From positions 16,556,001 through 16,620,000 of the forward strand of contig CM052818.1 in assembly GCA_028534125.1 (NCBI GenBank): a DNA stretch of 64,000 nt. The letters run 5' to 3'. This DNA is from Lama glama (taxonomy: Eukaryota). The position numbers were made by a program, and so were the translations under genes. Below the pieces are notes generated by a model. The model ran no database searches, was not told the DNA's origin, and saw only the letters and a list, made by a program, of their open reading frames with translations. This document shows, in pieces, positions 26,027 to 40,000 of the stretch (the first letter of the stretch is position 1; the number at the start of each line of letters is the position of its first letter).

Positions 26027-29000
26027 GCCCTGAACATCACAAATAGGTAAAAGGTTATTTCCTCATGAATTTTCCTACAGGAAAAATATTTTTACACTTT
26101 GGATTCTCATAATTCTCCTCAATTTTGTCCAATGGTGTAGTCAATTCTATCAGTGTCCAGAGGAATCTGTTCCAAGCATATCCTTATCTGATGACCTTAT
26201 TTGATCTAAGAAATAGCTAGGGAAAAGGATCCTAAACTCTTGAGCAGTATTTTATAAGTGTGTCAAAGTAAAAATTTTAAGAATTAGGTTCTTGAGATCA
26301 AGGTGATATTCTTCATCAAGAAATTTAAATAAAGACATTCTTTACATTCTATATATTTGATCCTGTGCCTTAAGAAAGAAGATATGTTAAAATGAATGGA
26401 TTCTGTGCAAGGGAAAGGATGAGTGGTGATTGTCTGGAAGTAGAATGCCTCTTAGAGAAACAGGAAAATTTTGCAGTGCTAACATAGTAACTATAGATCT
26501 GGTTAACTTACATATCAAAAAGAATGTTGATCTGAAAGTAGTCAATGAACAATAAAAGACAAAGTCAACAGCACCATAGAACACCAAAATTGAATAAAAA
26601 ATGGAGAAATGGAAAACAAATAAATGTTGCATCAAAGTGGGACTGATAATTTATACCCATGCTTCCAAAAAACCAAGGCAAACGGAAAACTGGGGTAGTT
26701 ATAGAATTCCAATTAGCTCTATGTGATCAGAAGATAATTTTGACAGATTTTTCTTATATCTAATCTAATGGAAGTTTGTTTTGAAGATCTTTATCTACAA
26801 AAATTGAAAAAATAATACATAATATTTTCAATAGTAAGATTATAAAAAAATTTCTTATGATAAAACTGTTTCTTATGTCATCCATATGAAAGGCCTATAG
26901 CATAACATTCCTATTATATTATACACTAACAAAGACATTTCAGAAGGAATCAAAGCCAACAAGGTTTATGTTTGTAATACTCTGATGGTATAATTTGATA
27001 TAAAGAAAGACATACAGCAGATAAAATCAGATCATGGCTCTGTCTCAATTAGTCTCAGCTTTTTGGTCAAGTTAGAAAATGTTGGTCGAATTTTCAGGTA
27101 AGATCCTGGTGTGAGGCTAATGTGTATTGCTGAGAATAGGAAAGTCCAAATGCAGTGGATACCATTTATAATAACAGAACAGTTGTTGTTAAGATCGGAA
27201 AAGGATCATGAGTTTCATTCTCATTTGAGTAAAGGATCAACTCATATGTCTAAAACAATACAGGCTCAAAGGAATTCTCTCAGAGCCAACATTTCCCCCA
27301 TTTTGGGTCTGTCCAAGTAAATTTATCTGATCCTATGTTGCTCTCCTTGAATTAAGTAGAGCTGAACTGAATGGAAGGAAATTTGAAAGGTGAACTTGAA
27401 GCATTGTTGGACAGATATGGGCTACTCTTCTGTGAAGAGATTATCTTGCAAGGTTTTCTCTGACAGTCCAGTCACAGAGACACAACTGCCATTGGGAACC
27501 TGATCCCCTGTTATTAAGTCAAAGGGCTTATAAAAAGTAAATCAACTCACAAGACCTTTTATAACCCATAATTTCAAAAGAATTAAAATACTCTTTCTTA
27601 AGAATCTACAGAAAATGCATGTTCTACTGTGCCTTCCCTTCCTAAGTTAGACTCAGTCCCAATGGTCTGGTCCCATGAAAATAGTAAAATTAACTCCTTA
27701 TCCATTGTATCCCAGGTGACTAATAGGGTCTGATAAAACAATTTGACAGCAAATTGCTTCATTACTTAGTAAATGAAAGCTTTGCTCATTGAAAGTCGAT
27801 GTCCACTTCTTGATGCATATTAAGTGAGAAAACGTGGAAATCATCATCCTTGGCTTTTCCAGAGACAGCTACCTTTCCTGCTGGTAATTTAACTGGCTTC
27901 ATCACTAAGGAAATTACAAATGATTGTTAACCTCCAGCTTTATCCATTTATGCATGAACTTGAAGGAGTTTCATGCTTTGCGAAGATCGTAGGTTCTAAA
28001 TCCCCAGAGCAAAAGGGAAGACTCATTTTGCCACCTGCAAGCAAAAATTGTCCAAATGAGAATCCTATTACTTATTCCGCTATGGCTCTGGGAATACACT
28101 CCATATGGGCTGAATCCCTATCCACAAACCTCCACCTTCTGTTTTTATAGCTCAGTAATGCATTATTACCTCTCCTAAGTTGTCTGAATTAAACAGTTCC
28201 CATTGCAAAATGTAATGTAGTCATTGAGAAGCAGACTTACTTAATACAAATAGGTCTATATGTTGAGATTTTTCATCTTTCAAAAAAAGGTTATATTACA
28301 AATTCTAATTGTCCTGATCCTCTCTCCAAATAACATTGTCCCAACTGTCTACTGGGTTCCATTCCTTAGAGTTAAATCTTTCTTTTAGTGTATCGGCCCA
28401 TGTCCTAGAAAGGGTGAACACTTTAAATTCATAGATACTTAGAGTGAATTGATTTACTCACTGGCTGCTTTTCACAAGAACCTAGAGCAGCAGGAAAGCA
28501 GTTTTCTATGGAGTCAACCCCTGCTGAATCTGGTGTTTCTAATCACATACAAATATGCTGCAATATGTTGGATATTTAGTTATCAAGAAAGCAAGCAAAA
28601 AATGATCTTCTGATATGGGAGAAAGAGCTTGGACAAGATAACTTATTGGTACATTAATTCATGTGTGTTATTTTTCTATTCCCTCACCTCTAAAACACAT
28701 ACAAATCCTAAACAGGTAGCTAGACACTTAGAGATTCCTTTCCTTGGATATTTATACAAGGAAGAAGACACAGCATTAATTTATCTTCAGTAAAGTTTTA
28801 ATCTTAATGATTAAATTAAGATTAAGATCCGCATGATCCAGGAGTTGGAATAAGGGTCAGGGAGGAAAGAAAAAGGAGAGAAAAGAATGTGCTTGAAAGA
28901 GGGAAGAAAATAAGATTTTTTTTCTCTCTCAGACTATGAAGATAACAGAGATGTGAGGGCCAAAGTAGCAACTGAATTATTGTCTTGGGTTTCCCTTTCT

Positions 29001-29169
29001 ATGCATTGGATGCCAGCTCACAATGACCTATATAGTTGACATAAAAACTATGAATTTACTCACTTGCAATATAGAAGATATGATTTTTCATTATTTTAGA
29101 TTAAAAAGCACCTTCACATGGATTTCTCTTGTAATAATTCATTAAAAAATAAGTTGATTTGCATTCTCC

Positions 29170-30098
29170 GTAATGGATAAAAGGCTGATTACAGGGCTGA
29201 GAGAGATAAAGTAAAATTCACTTGGAACATCTCTTTCACCATCAAGAAAGGAAGTGCTCAAAGTATGATAGTGCTCAAAGCATATCTAAAAGACATAAAA
29301 GGACAATTTGAGCATCAGACTATATAATGATAGTCATGTATTATAACTTACTCAATAAAATAAGAACCTATGAGTTCACACTGGAAAAAAATAAATAGAT
29401 ACTCTTAAATACTCATATTCCTTGGAGTTGAAACAATGTGAAAATAATGAATCAAGCATTGTTAAATCCAGAGGGTGAAAATATTGTCCAAGTTAACATC
29501 ACCAATATTGTGAGAAACTGACATCATATGCCTCCTCATATAATTTAGTAAGGTTCTCTATCACTTTTTGGTATTACAGCCAAAAATAGTGTATAATCTA
29601 AATCTTATGTTGAAGAAAATCAGACAAATTCAAATTGAGGTGACTTCAACTAGCATGTACTTCCAAACAAAATGAGTAAGACGCAAAAAGAAAGTCTGAG
29701 GACCTTCCCTGAGGGTTAAAAAAGACTAAAGAAACATGACAATTAAATACAATGTGTGATTCTGGGTTGAGTTCAGGAATATCTATAATAAACATTTTGG
29801 GGAACTATTGATGAAATTGCAGTATGGACGTTGATTTATGTAACAATTGTATCAGTGTTAAATTTTCTGCCTTTGATAGTAATACTATGGTTATATAGAT
29901 AACACCCTTGTTCTTAGGAGATACAAATGAATTACTAAGATGTAAAGAGGCACAATATCTCTAACTTATTCTCAAATCATTCTTATCAACAATGATAAAT
30001 AGAGACAATCTGTAATTTGGGTAAAGAATATATGAGAGTTAGTGTACAATCCTTGGAAGTTTTCTCTAATTTGAAATTATATCAAAATTAAAAGTTAT
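29170..30098 (+). mobile_element. Old L1 3'UTR (L1MC/L1MD-like)
   Basis: aaggaagtgctcaaag...aagttaacatcaccaat...aagactaaagaaacatgacaattaaatacaatgtgtgattctgg...aatttgaaattatatcaaaattaaaagtt. Confidence 0.7.
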
Positions 30099-30099
30099 A

Positions 30100-31970
30100 T
30101 AGTTTGTACCTTTTAATCCCCTTCCTCTATCTTGCCCGTCCCCCATCCACTCTACTTTCAGGTAAACTACTAGTTTGTTCTCTGTATCTAGGAGTCTGTT
30201 TCTGTTTTGTTAAATTCATTAGCTTGTTTTGTTTTTAGATTCCACATATAAGTGAAAACATATAGTATTTGTCTTTCTTTGTCGCACTTATTTCACTAAG
30301 CATAACACCCTCCAGGACCATATATGTTGACTTGTAACTATATCTACTTGTTTTAAACTGATAGTCATTTAACTTCAAACACATTATGAAAGGTCTACAT
30401 TTTTACCCCCCACCATGTTTTGCGTTTTTAATGTCATGTTGTGCAGTTTCATGTCTATCTCTTACCCATTTATTGTGGTTACAGTTAAATTTGTAATTTT
30501 TATCTTTTAAACTTTGTACTAGCTTATTTAACTGATTGGTCCACAGCCTTTGCCATATATTTGCTTTTTTCTCCTTCCTATAATTTATTTCTTGTTGTAG
30601 CTTCTTCTTTTTCACTGAAAAAAGACCCTTTAATACTTCTTGTAAGGTCAGTTTGGTGTTGAAGAATTCTGTTAATTTTTGCTTATCTGAGAAGCTCTTT
30701 ATCTCTCCTTCAGTTTTGAGTGGTAGACTTGCTAGGTACAGTGTCCAAAACTGTAGGTTATTTTACTTTCAGCCCTTTAAGTATATCATGCCACTCTCTT
30801 CAGGCCTGCAAATTTTCTGTTGAAAATCATCTGATAGCCTTATGTGAGTCTCTTTGTATGTGCCTCTTTGCTTTTCTCTTGCTGCTTTTAGAATTCTCCA
30901 TTTTTACCTTTTGCCTGTTTAATGATACCTCTTGGTATGGGTTTCTTTGGGTTCATATTTGGAACTCTTTGTGCTTCCCTTACCTGGATATCTGTTTTCT
31001 TCTTCAGGTTTGGGGAGTTTTCAGCCATAATTTCATCAAATATATTTTGAACCCCTTTCTCTCTTTCCACCTTTTGGAGCTCCTATAATGCAAATGTTAG
31101 TATGCTTCATGTTATTTCAGAGATCCGTTAAACATTTCTCATTTCTTTTATTTGCTTTTCTTTTTGCTGTTCTGATTGGATGATTTCAATATTCTGTCTT
31201 CTGGATCACAGGCATTCTTCTGTATTACCTAACCTGCTGTTAATTCCCTTTAGTGTATTTTTTCATTTCAGTTATTGTATTCTTCAGCTATGACTGGTTC
31301 TCATATATATTTTCTAGTTCTTTATTAAAATTCTCATTGTGTTCATCTATTCTTTTCCCTCAGTTCACTTAGCATTCTTATTACTATTCCTTTGAACTCT
31401 TATCAGTTAAATTATTTATCTCTGTTTGTTATAGTTTTTTTCAGAAATTTTTTCTTGTTCTTTCGTTTGAAACATATTCCTGTGTCTTCTCATTTTGTTT
31501 ACCTTTATCTGTGTCTATGAAATTTGTTGAAACAGTTACTCACCCAGGTCTTGAAGGAGTGTTCTTGTGTGGGAGTATCCATATACAGACTACATGTGCC
31601 CATTGACTTTGATAGAAGAGCTGGATCTGAAGTGAACATGGGCTGCAGCTTCCCCTAGGGTATGCTGGCTTAGTAGGAGGGTTGGAATTGGACAGTCTAG
31701 AGCCAGAGCCAGATGCAGGTCAGGGCTTCTCCTATGCTTAGTAGCCATCACTCCCCAGAGGAGGTGGAAATGGGGGCTATTGGGCTGAAACTGGAGCCCT
31801 GAGGGAGCCGGGTTTCTCCTGCGTATGATAGTAGTCTAGACCTTGATTTGGGATGTGCCTGGGGCCCAAGGGATTAGGGTTGCACTTCTATGCCAGTTTC
31901 ACTTTTACCCCTGGTGCTTGCACCTTTTTTAGAGGCTAGGTCACAGCTGGAGAGGTTAGTGCCATACTAC
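30100..31970 (-). mobile_element. L1: 5'UTR, decayed ORF1 and inter-ORF spacer joined directly to the ORF2-end/3'UTR segment
   Basis: ORF 30888-31070 (EREKGVQNIFDEIMAENSPNLKK...IQVREAQRVP) is L1 ORF1p-like; 30100-30329 is the reverse complement of the L1 3' segment (ttttagattccacatataagtga...cttatttcactaagcataa); GC-richer 5'UTR at ~31550-31970. Confidence 0.85.
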
Positions 31971-32349
31971 TGTTTTCATATGTTTCTATTTGATATAAAG
32001 TGCTGTATGTATAATAGTGGAAATAGTAATGGTCAAGGAACAGAGAACCTGGAATCTAGTTTCTGCTCTGTCAAAAATAAATTGGTGATTTTGACCATCA
32101 CTTGAATCTAACTCCCCCACACTATCTGAAAATGAGAGAAACAGAATAATCTCTATGATCCCTCTAATCTTCAAAGTCATTTAACATTACTTACCCAAAT
32201 TGAGCTCTCTGTGCCTATTAGTGTGCTTAATCTTATGAAAAATGAAAAGATGCCTATAAACTTATAAATTAGTTGAGAGAAGACCAAAAAACATAAAGCT
32301 GAGAATAATTTGGTGCTGAAGTGATATTTTCATGGCTAATACCAACAAT

Positions 32350-32545
32350 ACAAATTATCACTTACTGAACTCTTTATGTGTCCCAGACATTGACCTACAG
32401 ACTTTCTATACATTTCCCATGCAATTATCATAAAAATAATATAAGCGTATAATTTTGTCCTAATTCATTGATAAAGAAACTGAAGCTCATGAAACTTAAG
32501 TAATTATTTTGTTGCTACCCAGATAATAAGTCTTGAAGCCATGAC
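32350..32545 (-). mobile_element. MIR
   Basis: cacttactgaactctttatgtgtcccagacattg...gataaagaaactgaagctca...aagtaatt. Confidence 0.6.
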
Positions 32546-33657
32546 TCACATATTATTTTTAACAATAAATTTGAAATCATTTTAATCTTTGGATTACTAC
32601 ACTTTATGTGGACTCTAGTGCTCAGGGAAAGCTTTTTTAAATGCATGTAAATTTGGTAAGATTTTAAAGGGCTAAATTTAAAAGGGAGGGAAGAAAAAGG
32701 GAGAGAGGATTAGAGTAATTTATATATTTTTATGTTTACTAAAGTCCAAACTGTTACTATAGCTTACACAAACAAACCCGAAGACACAGAACCATACACA
32801 CATACATAGTTAAATATACAGTGCATATTAAGATAATGACTGAATATTTCAATAAGCATTCATTTGTACTACAATTGTTAGAGCAAATATTAGCTGCATT
32901 AATATCAGTGATATTGGCATTTATCTCTTTTATGAATCTTGTCCCTTTACAACCTTTTATAACTTGAAAAATTCATAACAGTTGCTTGTACATGCGAAAG
33001 GAGTAAAATTTACTAATTAGCAACCTCCTTTCCCAGACATGGTATATTTACTAACAAATACCATATTGAGTTTATATTTCATGCACAAAAGTGTGCCCAT
33101 TAACTTTCCTTTGGTTCTCCCATATCTTTTAACTTGGGTGTTTGGTTTTGCTTCAGAGTATGCCAATTATCTTATTTGCTCAACTAAGTTTAGAACTATT
33201 CTATTGTTCCATTTATGTATTGAGATATAATGACACGAGTAAGTGTATTATCATGATTATAGCATTAAATGATATTCTTATGGAAGTAGAGTGATTTACC
33301 AGTTATATGACAAACTTTGAAAGATTTTTTGATAAAAAATTAAAAATGAAATTATACTTAGTATTTTCTGGAAAACAGGGAAAAAAATGGAATGTTTTCA
33401 CCATATTCATACAGGCCTATAGGTATGTATTCACATAAATAAACATTTCATTTGGAGATGTACATTTGCAGATCCTACAGAGGCTACTGTGAACATTAAA
33501 TTACTGCCAACTGCTGAGTTGTGGGTACAGCAAAGTCATATATCTTAATGATATAAATTATATCATTAGCTAGGGAACAATAATGTGCATTATTTCAGGT
33601 AGATTATGTTATATGGAGAAGAGACCACACACATACCTGTTCAGGTATGCATGTGTA

Positions 33658-33714
33658 TACACACACACACAACACACACAAACATACACACACACACAGA
33701 AAACACACACACAC
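33658..33714. repeat. Imperfect (CA)n microsatellite
   Basis: Directly visible. Confidence 0.9.
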
Positions 33715-34235
33715 AATTAGCCCAAGTTTGCAATATAATTACTTAGAGATACAAAATCTGATGGAATCAAGAAGGCATACAGAGCTGCACATCTTGGTAC
33801 ATTATTCTTTGATCCCTAGAGTCCTTAATAGGTGGAAGATGGCTTCCAATTATGCTGTTTGAGAAAGTTATGGTCTTGTCAGATCTAAAAAGTGAAATTG
33901 GTCTTCAACACAGAGCTTACATAATTATTAAAGAAGAATAGGAAATATTCGTTTGAGGCCTGCCTTGTTCAATCAAACTGACCATCAACAGACTCGCTGT
34001 ATCACCTGGGAGAGAAATCAATATCTATGCCCAGAAGTCTCTAGATAAAGTCTCTATTGAGAACTTTCTAGCAAATCAGTGACCCTACATTTCATGCTTC
34101 TAATTTAATAACGTTTGATCTGGGTAGTTGTAGTAATGAATTGGTCCCAGACTATGATTATATATATCTATTTTTCTAAAAAATATCTACTTTAATTTTT
34201 CCTTGGTATTTCTATAGTGTCTATGTTTTAAAATT

Positions 34236-34470
34236 ATAATAATGGTAGTAAAAGTCAACTTTTATTGAGCGCTCCAATGTACTTAGAAGTGTTATATGGT
34301 TTCAATTAGTATAACCATACCATGTTGTATATGAGTGGTGTTATTACATAATTTTATTGATGAGAAAAGTTAGACTTAGAATTCTAGATGACATGATTAG
34401 TAAATGCTAGAGCAGGAACTGGAGAGTTACAATACTACAGAGTTTCCGCTCTTAAACATCGCAATGCACT
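34236..34470 (-). mobile_element. MIR
   Basis: tttattgagcgctccaatgtac...ttttattgatgagaaaagttagacttaga...ctcttaaac. Confidence 0.6.
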
Positions 34471-34865
34471 GCTTCTCAGAAGCAGCATAAAAGTCGAATT
34501 TCATCCAGTCCCCTAGATTTTAATTTCTTGGCTCCTTTCTTTTAAGCTTGTCACTTTGCTCCATGCCTCAATTCAGTGTCCTTTTCATAGTTTGCATAAT
34601 ACATGCTCATTTAAAAAGATCAAATTTTTCCTAAAGATTAAATATTAGCAGTAAGGATTTTATCATCCCTAAGATAGAATGCTCAAGTGTTCCAGCTAAT
34701 CTGGTCTTATGAAAAATCACTGACTATCCTAAATTATATAAAATAAGATATTAAAACTATTATTTTGATGGAAGCACCGAGATAGAGTACATGTGAAATT
34801 TCAAAGCAAATCTCCATATTCATAATTTACAAAGGAAATTATTGCTAGTCAGTTTCTCAATTCTT

Positions 34866-34907
34866 TTCTGTTTTTTTTAAACATTTTTTATTGATTTATA
34901 ATCATTT
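34866..34907 (-). mobile_element. 42-bp, extremely 5'-truncated young L1 tail with a 17-bp perfect TSD
   Basis: tcagtttctcaattctt at 34849-34865 and 34908-34924; insert reverse complement reads aaatgattataaatcAATAAAaaatgtttaaaaaaaacagaa (polyA signal plus A-tail). Confidence 0.85.
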
Positions 34908-35929
34908 TCAGTTTCTCAATTCTTAGACTTCCCAGTCCAATTAAAGACATAAAAAGGGATAGGAAGCTTGGTGTGAGCTATTGCCATAAGTCTCTATCCC
35001 TTTCCTGGTAAGACTGTGGTGAAGTGAGCTTCACCACAGTGAGACCAGTAAGAAAGCTTCCTAAGTGTTTCTTAGGCATATGAAAATTATATACTGGTGC
35101 CTCACTCATGCCTGATATACTAAAGCTGCTTATGGCAGCAGAATAGACATTTCTAAACTGTGATGGACTGGAGCTCTTAGAATATATTAGAGCTAAGAAT
35201 ATGCAGGTATTTCCTATAGAATAAGTGTGGGTCATGAGAAAAAGGAAGTTAGCCTGGAGCTAACTGAAGTCTTGTCCAAAAGGACTTTCGCCAGAAAGTA
35301 AGAACCTCAGTAGTATTCAGGTAGGGCAGACTGTCAGTGAAACAAAAGCTGAAAGAGAGCAATGATAGTCTGCTAGAGAAAAACTGCATTTTTCATAATA
35401 CAAGGAGAGTCAGTGAACAGTTATTGGTAATAGGAACTTAAGAATCTTTGAACTTCTGCCAGCTCCACAAAGCACAGAATCAACTTACAATTACACTTAC
35501 TCAAAAAAGACATTATTTTTCTTACTCAAGCCCCCTCTCTCCCCTGATCTCACCCTGAAGAGGTTTAAAACTGACTCTGATTATAAAGAACCAACAAAGT
35601 TTCTTGTAATGCTAGAGGAACCAACAAAGCTTTATATACCTTTGTGCAACCTGAAGCAAGACTGAGCTTGGATGGACATTGGGAGGGGTAGGGAAAATAT
35701 TTAACATTAAATCTAATGCAAAATTTTGGTTACTGTCTTGGATCAAACATTGTAATTTCTTAATTGAGTCTGTATTTTAAAATCTTAAACAATGATAGGA
35801 TTGTTTATTATATAACAAGGAGCATCAAAGTATGGACCTTATAAAATATTTCATCTGGGTATAGGGGACAAGATCCCAAACATAAATATGTCAGTGAACC
35901 TACAGACTACATTTTAAAATATCCATCTA

Positions 35930-36508
35930 GGACTCTATTTTTGGTAACGGTAGTGTGAGGTGATTGGGTGATTTTCCTTTTAAGAAAATAAATATAAAGC
36001 TAGGTAAAATAATTATAAACAACTATTTCAAGCAGGTAAAAATTTGAGAAGTGGTTATTTATGAACAACTGTTACTGAACCATAGAAGAGCAGAACATTT
36101 GTGGACTAAGGGTATTTACATTCATTCCAACTTAGGTAACAGATCTCTAGCTTTACTTGCCAGAGGTGGTAGACTCAGTTAAAAGTAGGTGACAGAAAAA
36201 CTAAAAATGTAAAGAGAGGATTTTGGAAACAAGAGAGATAGAAATATGGGAGCAGTAAACAGTCGTGTTCATCACTATCTAACTTCAAAATTATGTGCAA
36301 ATGTGAGAGACCCTAGGAAGCTTCAGGAAAAAAAAAATTGAAACCTTGGGAAAAGTTCAGAATTTGTTGTGGTTTTAAATTCATTTCTCAGTCAAAACAT
36401 AGCCTGATCAGGAGAGGATGGAAGTCTTACCAGTTTGAGATGTCTAAGAATAACTTCTTCCTACATATTGGCTGATTATGAAATTATGCAGGCATCAAGG
36501 AGACAAGC

Positions 36509-36545
<37 letters not shown>

Positions 36546-37060
36546 GATTTGACCAGAGACATCAGTGTCTTCACATTATGGGGGAGATAGTTTTTAAAAA
36601 TTGAATTCAGCAAATTTAATTACCTATAAAAAGAATAAAGCCAATGACCTTCAGAAGAACAAAAGAAAATACAGAGGTGCTGCAATATAATATTCACAAT
36701 GCCTAAGTTTTAACCAAAAATTACTAGACAGGGAAAGAAATATAGAATGGTGATGCATATTCAGGAAAAAATTAATCAACAGAAACAGATTTCAAGTGGG
36801 TACAATGTTAAATAAAGTAGCCAAAGCTTCCAATCAGATGTTATAAATATGTTCTAACAATTAAAGGAAAATAAGCAAATAATGAGTAAATAGATATCCA
36901 AGCTCAATAGAGAAATGAAAACTAAGAAGAAAATTGGCATTCTGGAGCTAAAAACTAAATTAAATGAAATGAAAATTTCATTACATGGCTCTATAGCAGA
37001 TTTAAGATAGCAGAAGATAGACTCAGAATGTGAATATAAATCAGTAGAGATTATCAATTC
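35930..37060 (+). mobile_element. Old L1 5' region and ORF1 N-terminal part (L1M4/L1ME-like), with (CA)n at 36511-36543
   Basis: aaaaattactagacagggaaagaaata; ttataaatatgttc; gaaaatttcattacatggctctatagcagatttaagatagcagaaga...tcagtagagattatcaa (ORF1 coiled-coil-like). Confidence 0.65.
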
Positions 37061-40000
37061 AGCAGGGCTGGAGCCCAGATTCACTCTGTATGTCATGAAA
37101 ATCCCTCATATACATAACCAGTTATTCACTGGTTATCCTAAATTCTGGAATTATCAGAACTCTCCACAATTCAGCAATTTAGTTGTTTTTTTTTTTCTGT
37201 TTTACACATACATTAAAAAAATCAATAGGAAGGAGAATTGCATATTACTTTAAAATATAAAAAAGATTTAGTCATTGTTGATACTTCACAAATTGTAATT
37301 TTCTTTGTTGTTCTATTAACATTGCTATTTTCTACAACCTTTATGTTGAAATTGAACCTGGTGTCAAAAGAAAAAAAAGAAAATGAATACAAACTCCTAG
37401 ATGATAAATTTTCATAGTCATTTTTCCTAATTTGCCTAAGAGCTCATGGAAAACAACTCATCATTAGAAAATAAAACTCATGGTTAAATTTTCAGAATAA
37501 TAGAGAACTATAACTATTGGTTATAAATAGTATTATGTATGTTATTCTGATGAAAAAAATCCATTAACTACATTTTTATGATTCATTGAGTTTCGTAGAG
37601 CTTAAATAATAAAGCTGACCATTTGTAGCTTCAGGGTCACTTTAAGGATGTTGTCCATTGAAATACTTCATATATGTTCTAAGAGTTCTTCATGCAATAT
37701 ATTTTCAGTATAATAAGTGTGAATGAATTACTATAATTTCTTGACAGTTAGTCTATCACATTCATTAAGCACTCAAAACTCCAACCTTTGATCATTATTT
37801 TTTTCTTACAATATATTAACCTCTATCCAAAACTTTACTAGATCATAAAGTAACTGTAATTATCAGTACCTTGTCAATAAGACATATAATTGATGTGAAC
37901 TTAAATGTCACCATGCTAATAAATATATCTTAAATTCTGATTTTCTTACAACATGTAAATGTGCTTGGAACCCGGCCAATCAGATCATATTTTGTTTGGT
38001 TTAATCAGGTAATCAACATATTTTTATTAAGGGCCTAGTAAGTGAAACAGTGAGTTACTTTTTCCTTAAAATAACTAATTTACAATGATAATATCAACAA
38101 AGATTACCTGAGATAATTGTCTTCTTCAGAAGCAACTTCATTTCATAACATAAAAGCAAGATCCCATTCAGAAATAGCCAATATTAATGAAGATTTTTTC
38201 TTACTGCTGCTGTTTGTTAGGAATGGTAGGTAGAGAAAGACTTAAAAATTTAGGCAATAATGATTACAGTTTAACTTCAATTTTAAGGAAATATTTGAAC
38301 CACTATAATTAGTTTTCCATGTAGAAATCACAGAAAGTGTATTAAGCATTTTCTGCTTGTGGTAGGTACTTGGCATATGTTGGTCAATTTTTCATGACTC
38401 TGTGAAATTGGTGTTATTATCTTTGATTTGCAGGTAAAATACTGAAATTCAGAGTGGTTAAGAGCTGAAGTATTAAGAACTGAAATATTTTATACAAAGT
38501 CAAGCAGCATGGTACATAGTACACACAAGAATGGAACCAACATCTATGCAAAGTACCTACAAGCAAAGAATTCAGAGTTTGTATAGCATAGCACTGTCCA
38601 CCGAAATATAGAGGGTACAAACATGTTTAAGTTAATTACATCTTAGGACAATTTTGCTGTAAAGTTTCACTTTTAGGGACTATATTATTATCAGAGATTT
38701 AGAAATGCTGCAAATTAAATATTTTCTTTTTTAGTATCGGACTGCAAATATTTCTAACTATGACAAAAGGTGTTACCTTTTCTCCATCAGCAGCATAAGA
38801 ACATATTTTGCCCTATTTTAAATGGGGAAGCTAAGATATGCAGTATCAGTAATCTTGTCCAAGGTGAAAAAGCAAGTGTGCCTTAGAGGCAAGATTAGAC
38901 TTTTTCCCATTTTCCAAAACATATGACTGTGTCCTATCAAGCTTTATTTTGGCATGTCTTGACATTTGGCCATTATATTCTTTGTTACATTCTTTCTTGC
39001 CTATTATGTGTTTAATTACCCCTTCATGTCTTAGAAGAGAACAACTTAAAAAACAACAACAAAAAAAAAACAAAAACAAAAGCTTAATAGCTTAATAACT
39101 CAAAGAAATGCTTATTTATTTGAACTTGTGACATTCTGTTTAAACAAATTTGCTGTTTTGCTTACCTAAATGTGGTATTGTTAAAATACACAGCTGCCTT
39201 TGCTTCAATGTAGCGTGCTTTAGATACACTGCTTGTCCAAGTACATTAATAGTCTTGTATATTTGAAGCCTCAGACCTCAATACACATTTAACAGCTCAT
39301 AGAAACAGCATCCTACTCATGTGGGGTGCCAGATATTAGTTCCTAACAACAGTGTAGTCCATGATTGCTTATTTAATATAACTTATTTATAATCTATATA
39401 GCTCTGCCTTGTTAAAGAGATCTCAGTTGTCTTAGAAATCAGTTTGCTCTTTTAAAATAGAGCATCTTTGGGTTTTCAGAGTCTCTCAAATTACAAGTAT
39501 ATGGCTTGATTGTTTGCTTCTTAAAAAAAGAAATTATTTTCTGTTCTAACTAAACAGTTTTTTAAGCCAATTCTCCCTCTTCAAAGGGACATGTCAATTG
39601 AATTATGGCTTCCCTCCACCGCTAAGGGGTGGGAAAAATGAGAGGAAGAGTTTAGGGTGAAAGTAGAATTACTAGTGCCTATAAATATTGCCTGTTAATG
39701 GAGAAGACTTCTCATCCATACCTACAGTCTTACTAGCATAACAACATAATTAGCTTTGGAGTTTTAGTAATTATCAAGTGAATTCCCAAGAAAAACAAGT
39801 CTTGAAATTGCTGTTGTGCAATCATGAAGAAAATTGTAAAGTTTCCTGTTTAAATTTACTTCATCTTATAAACAGAAATATTTGCCAAAAATTCTATGAT
39901 GAAGGACTAAGCTTGAAAAAACTTGAGTTTCAGAAATCTTTCAGTGGTTTCTCCACAGAGCCTCAAGTCAACAATTCCATATACTAATAGTCTCTCACCA

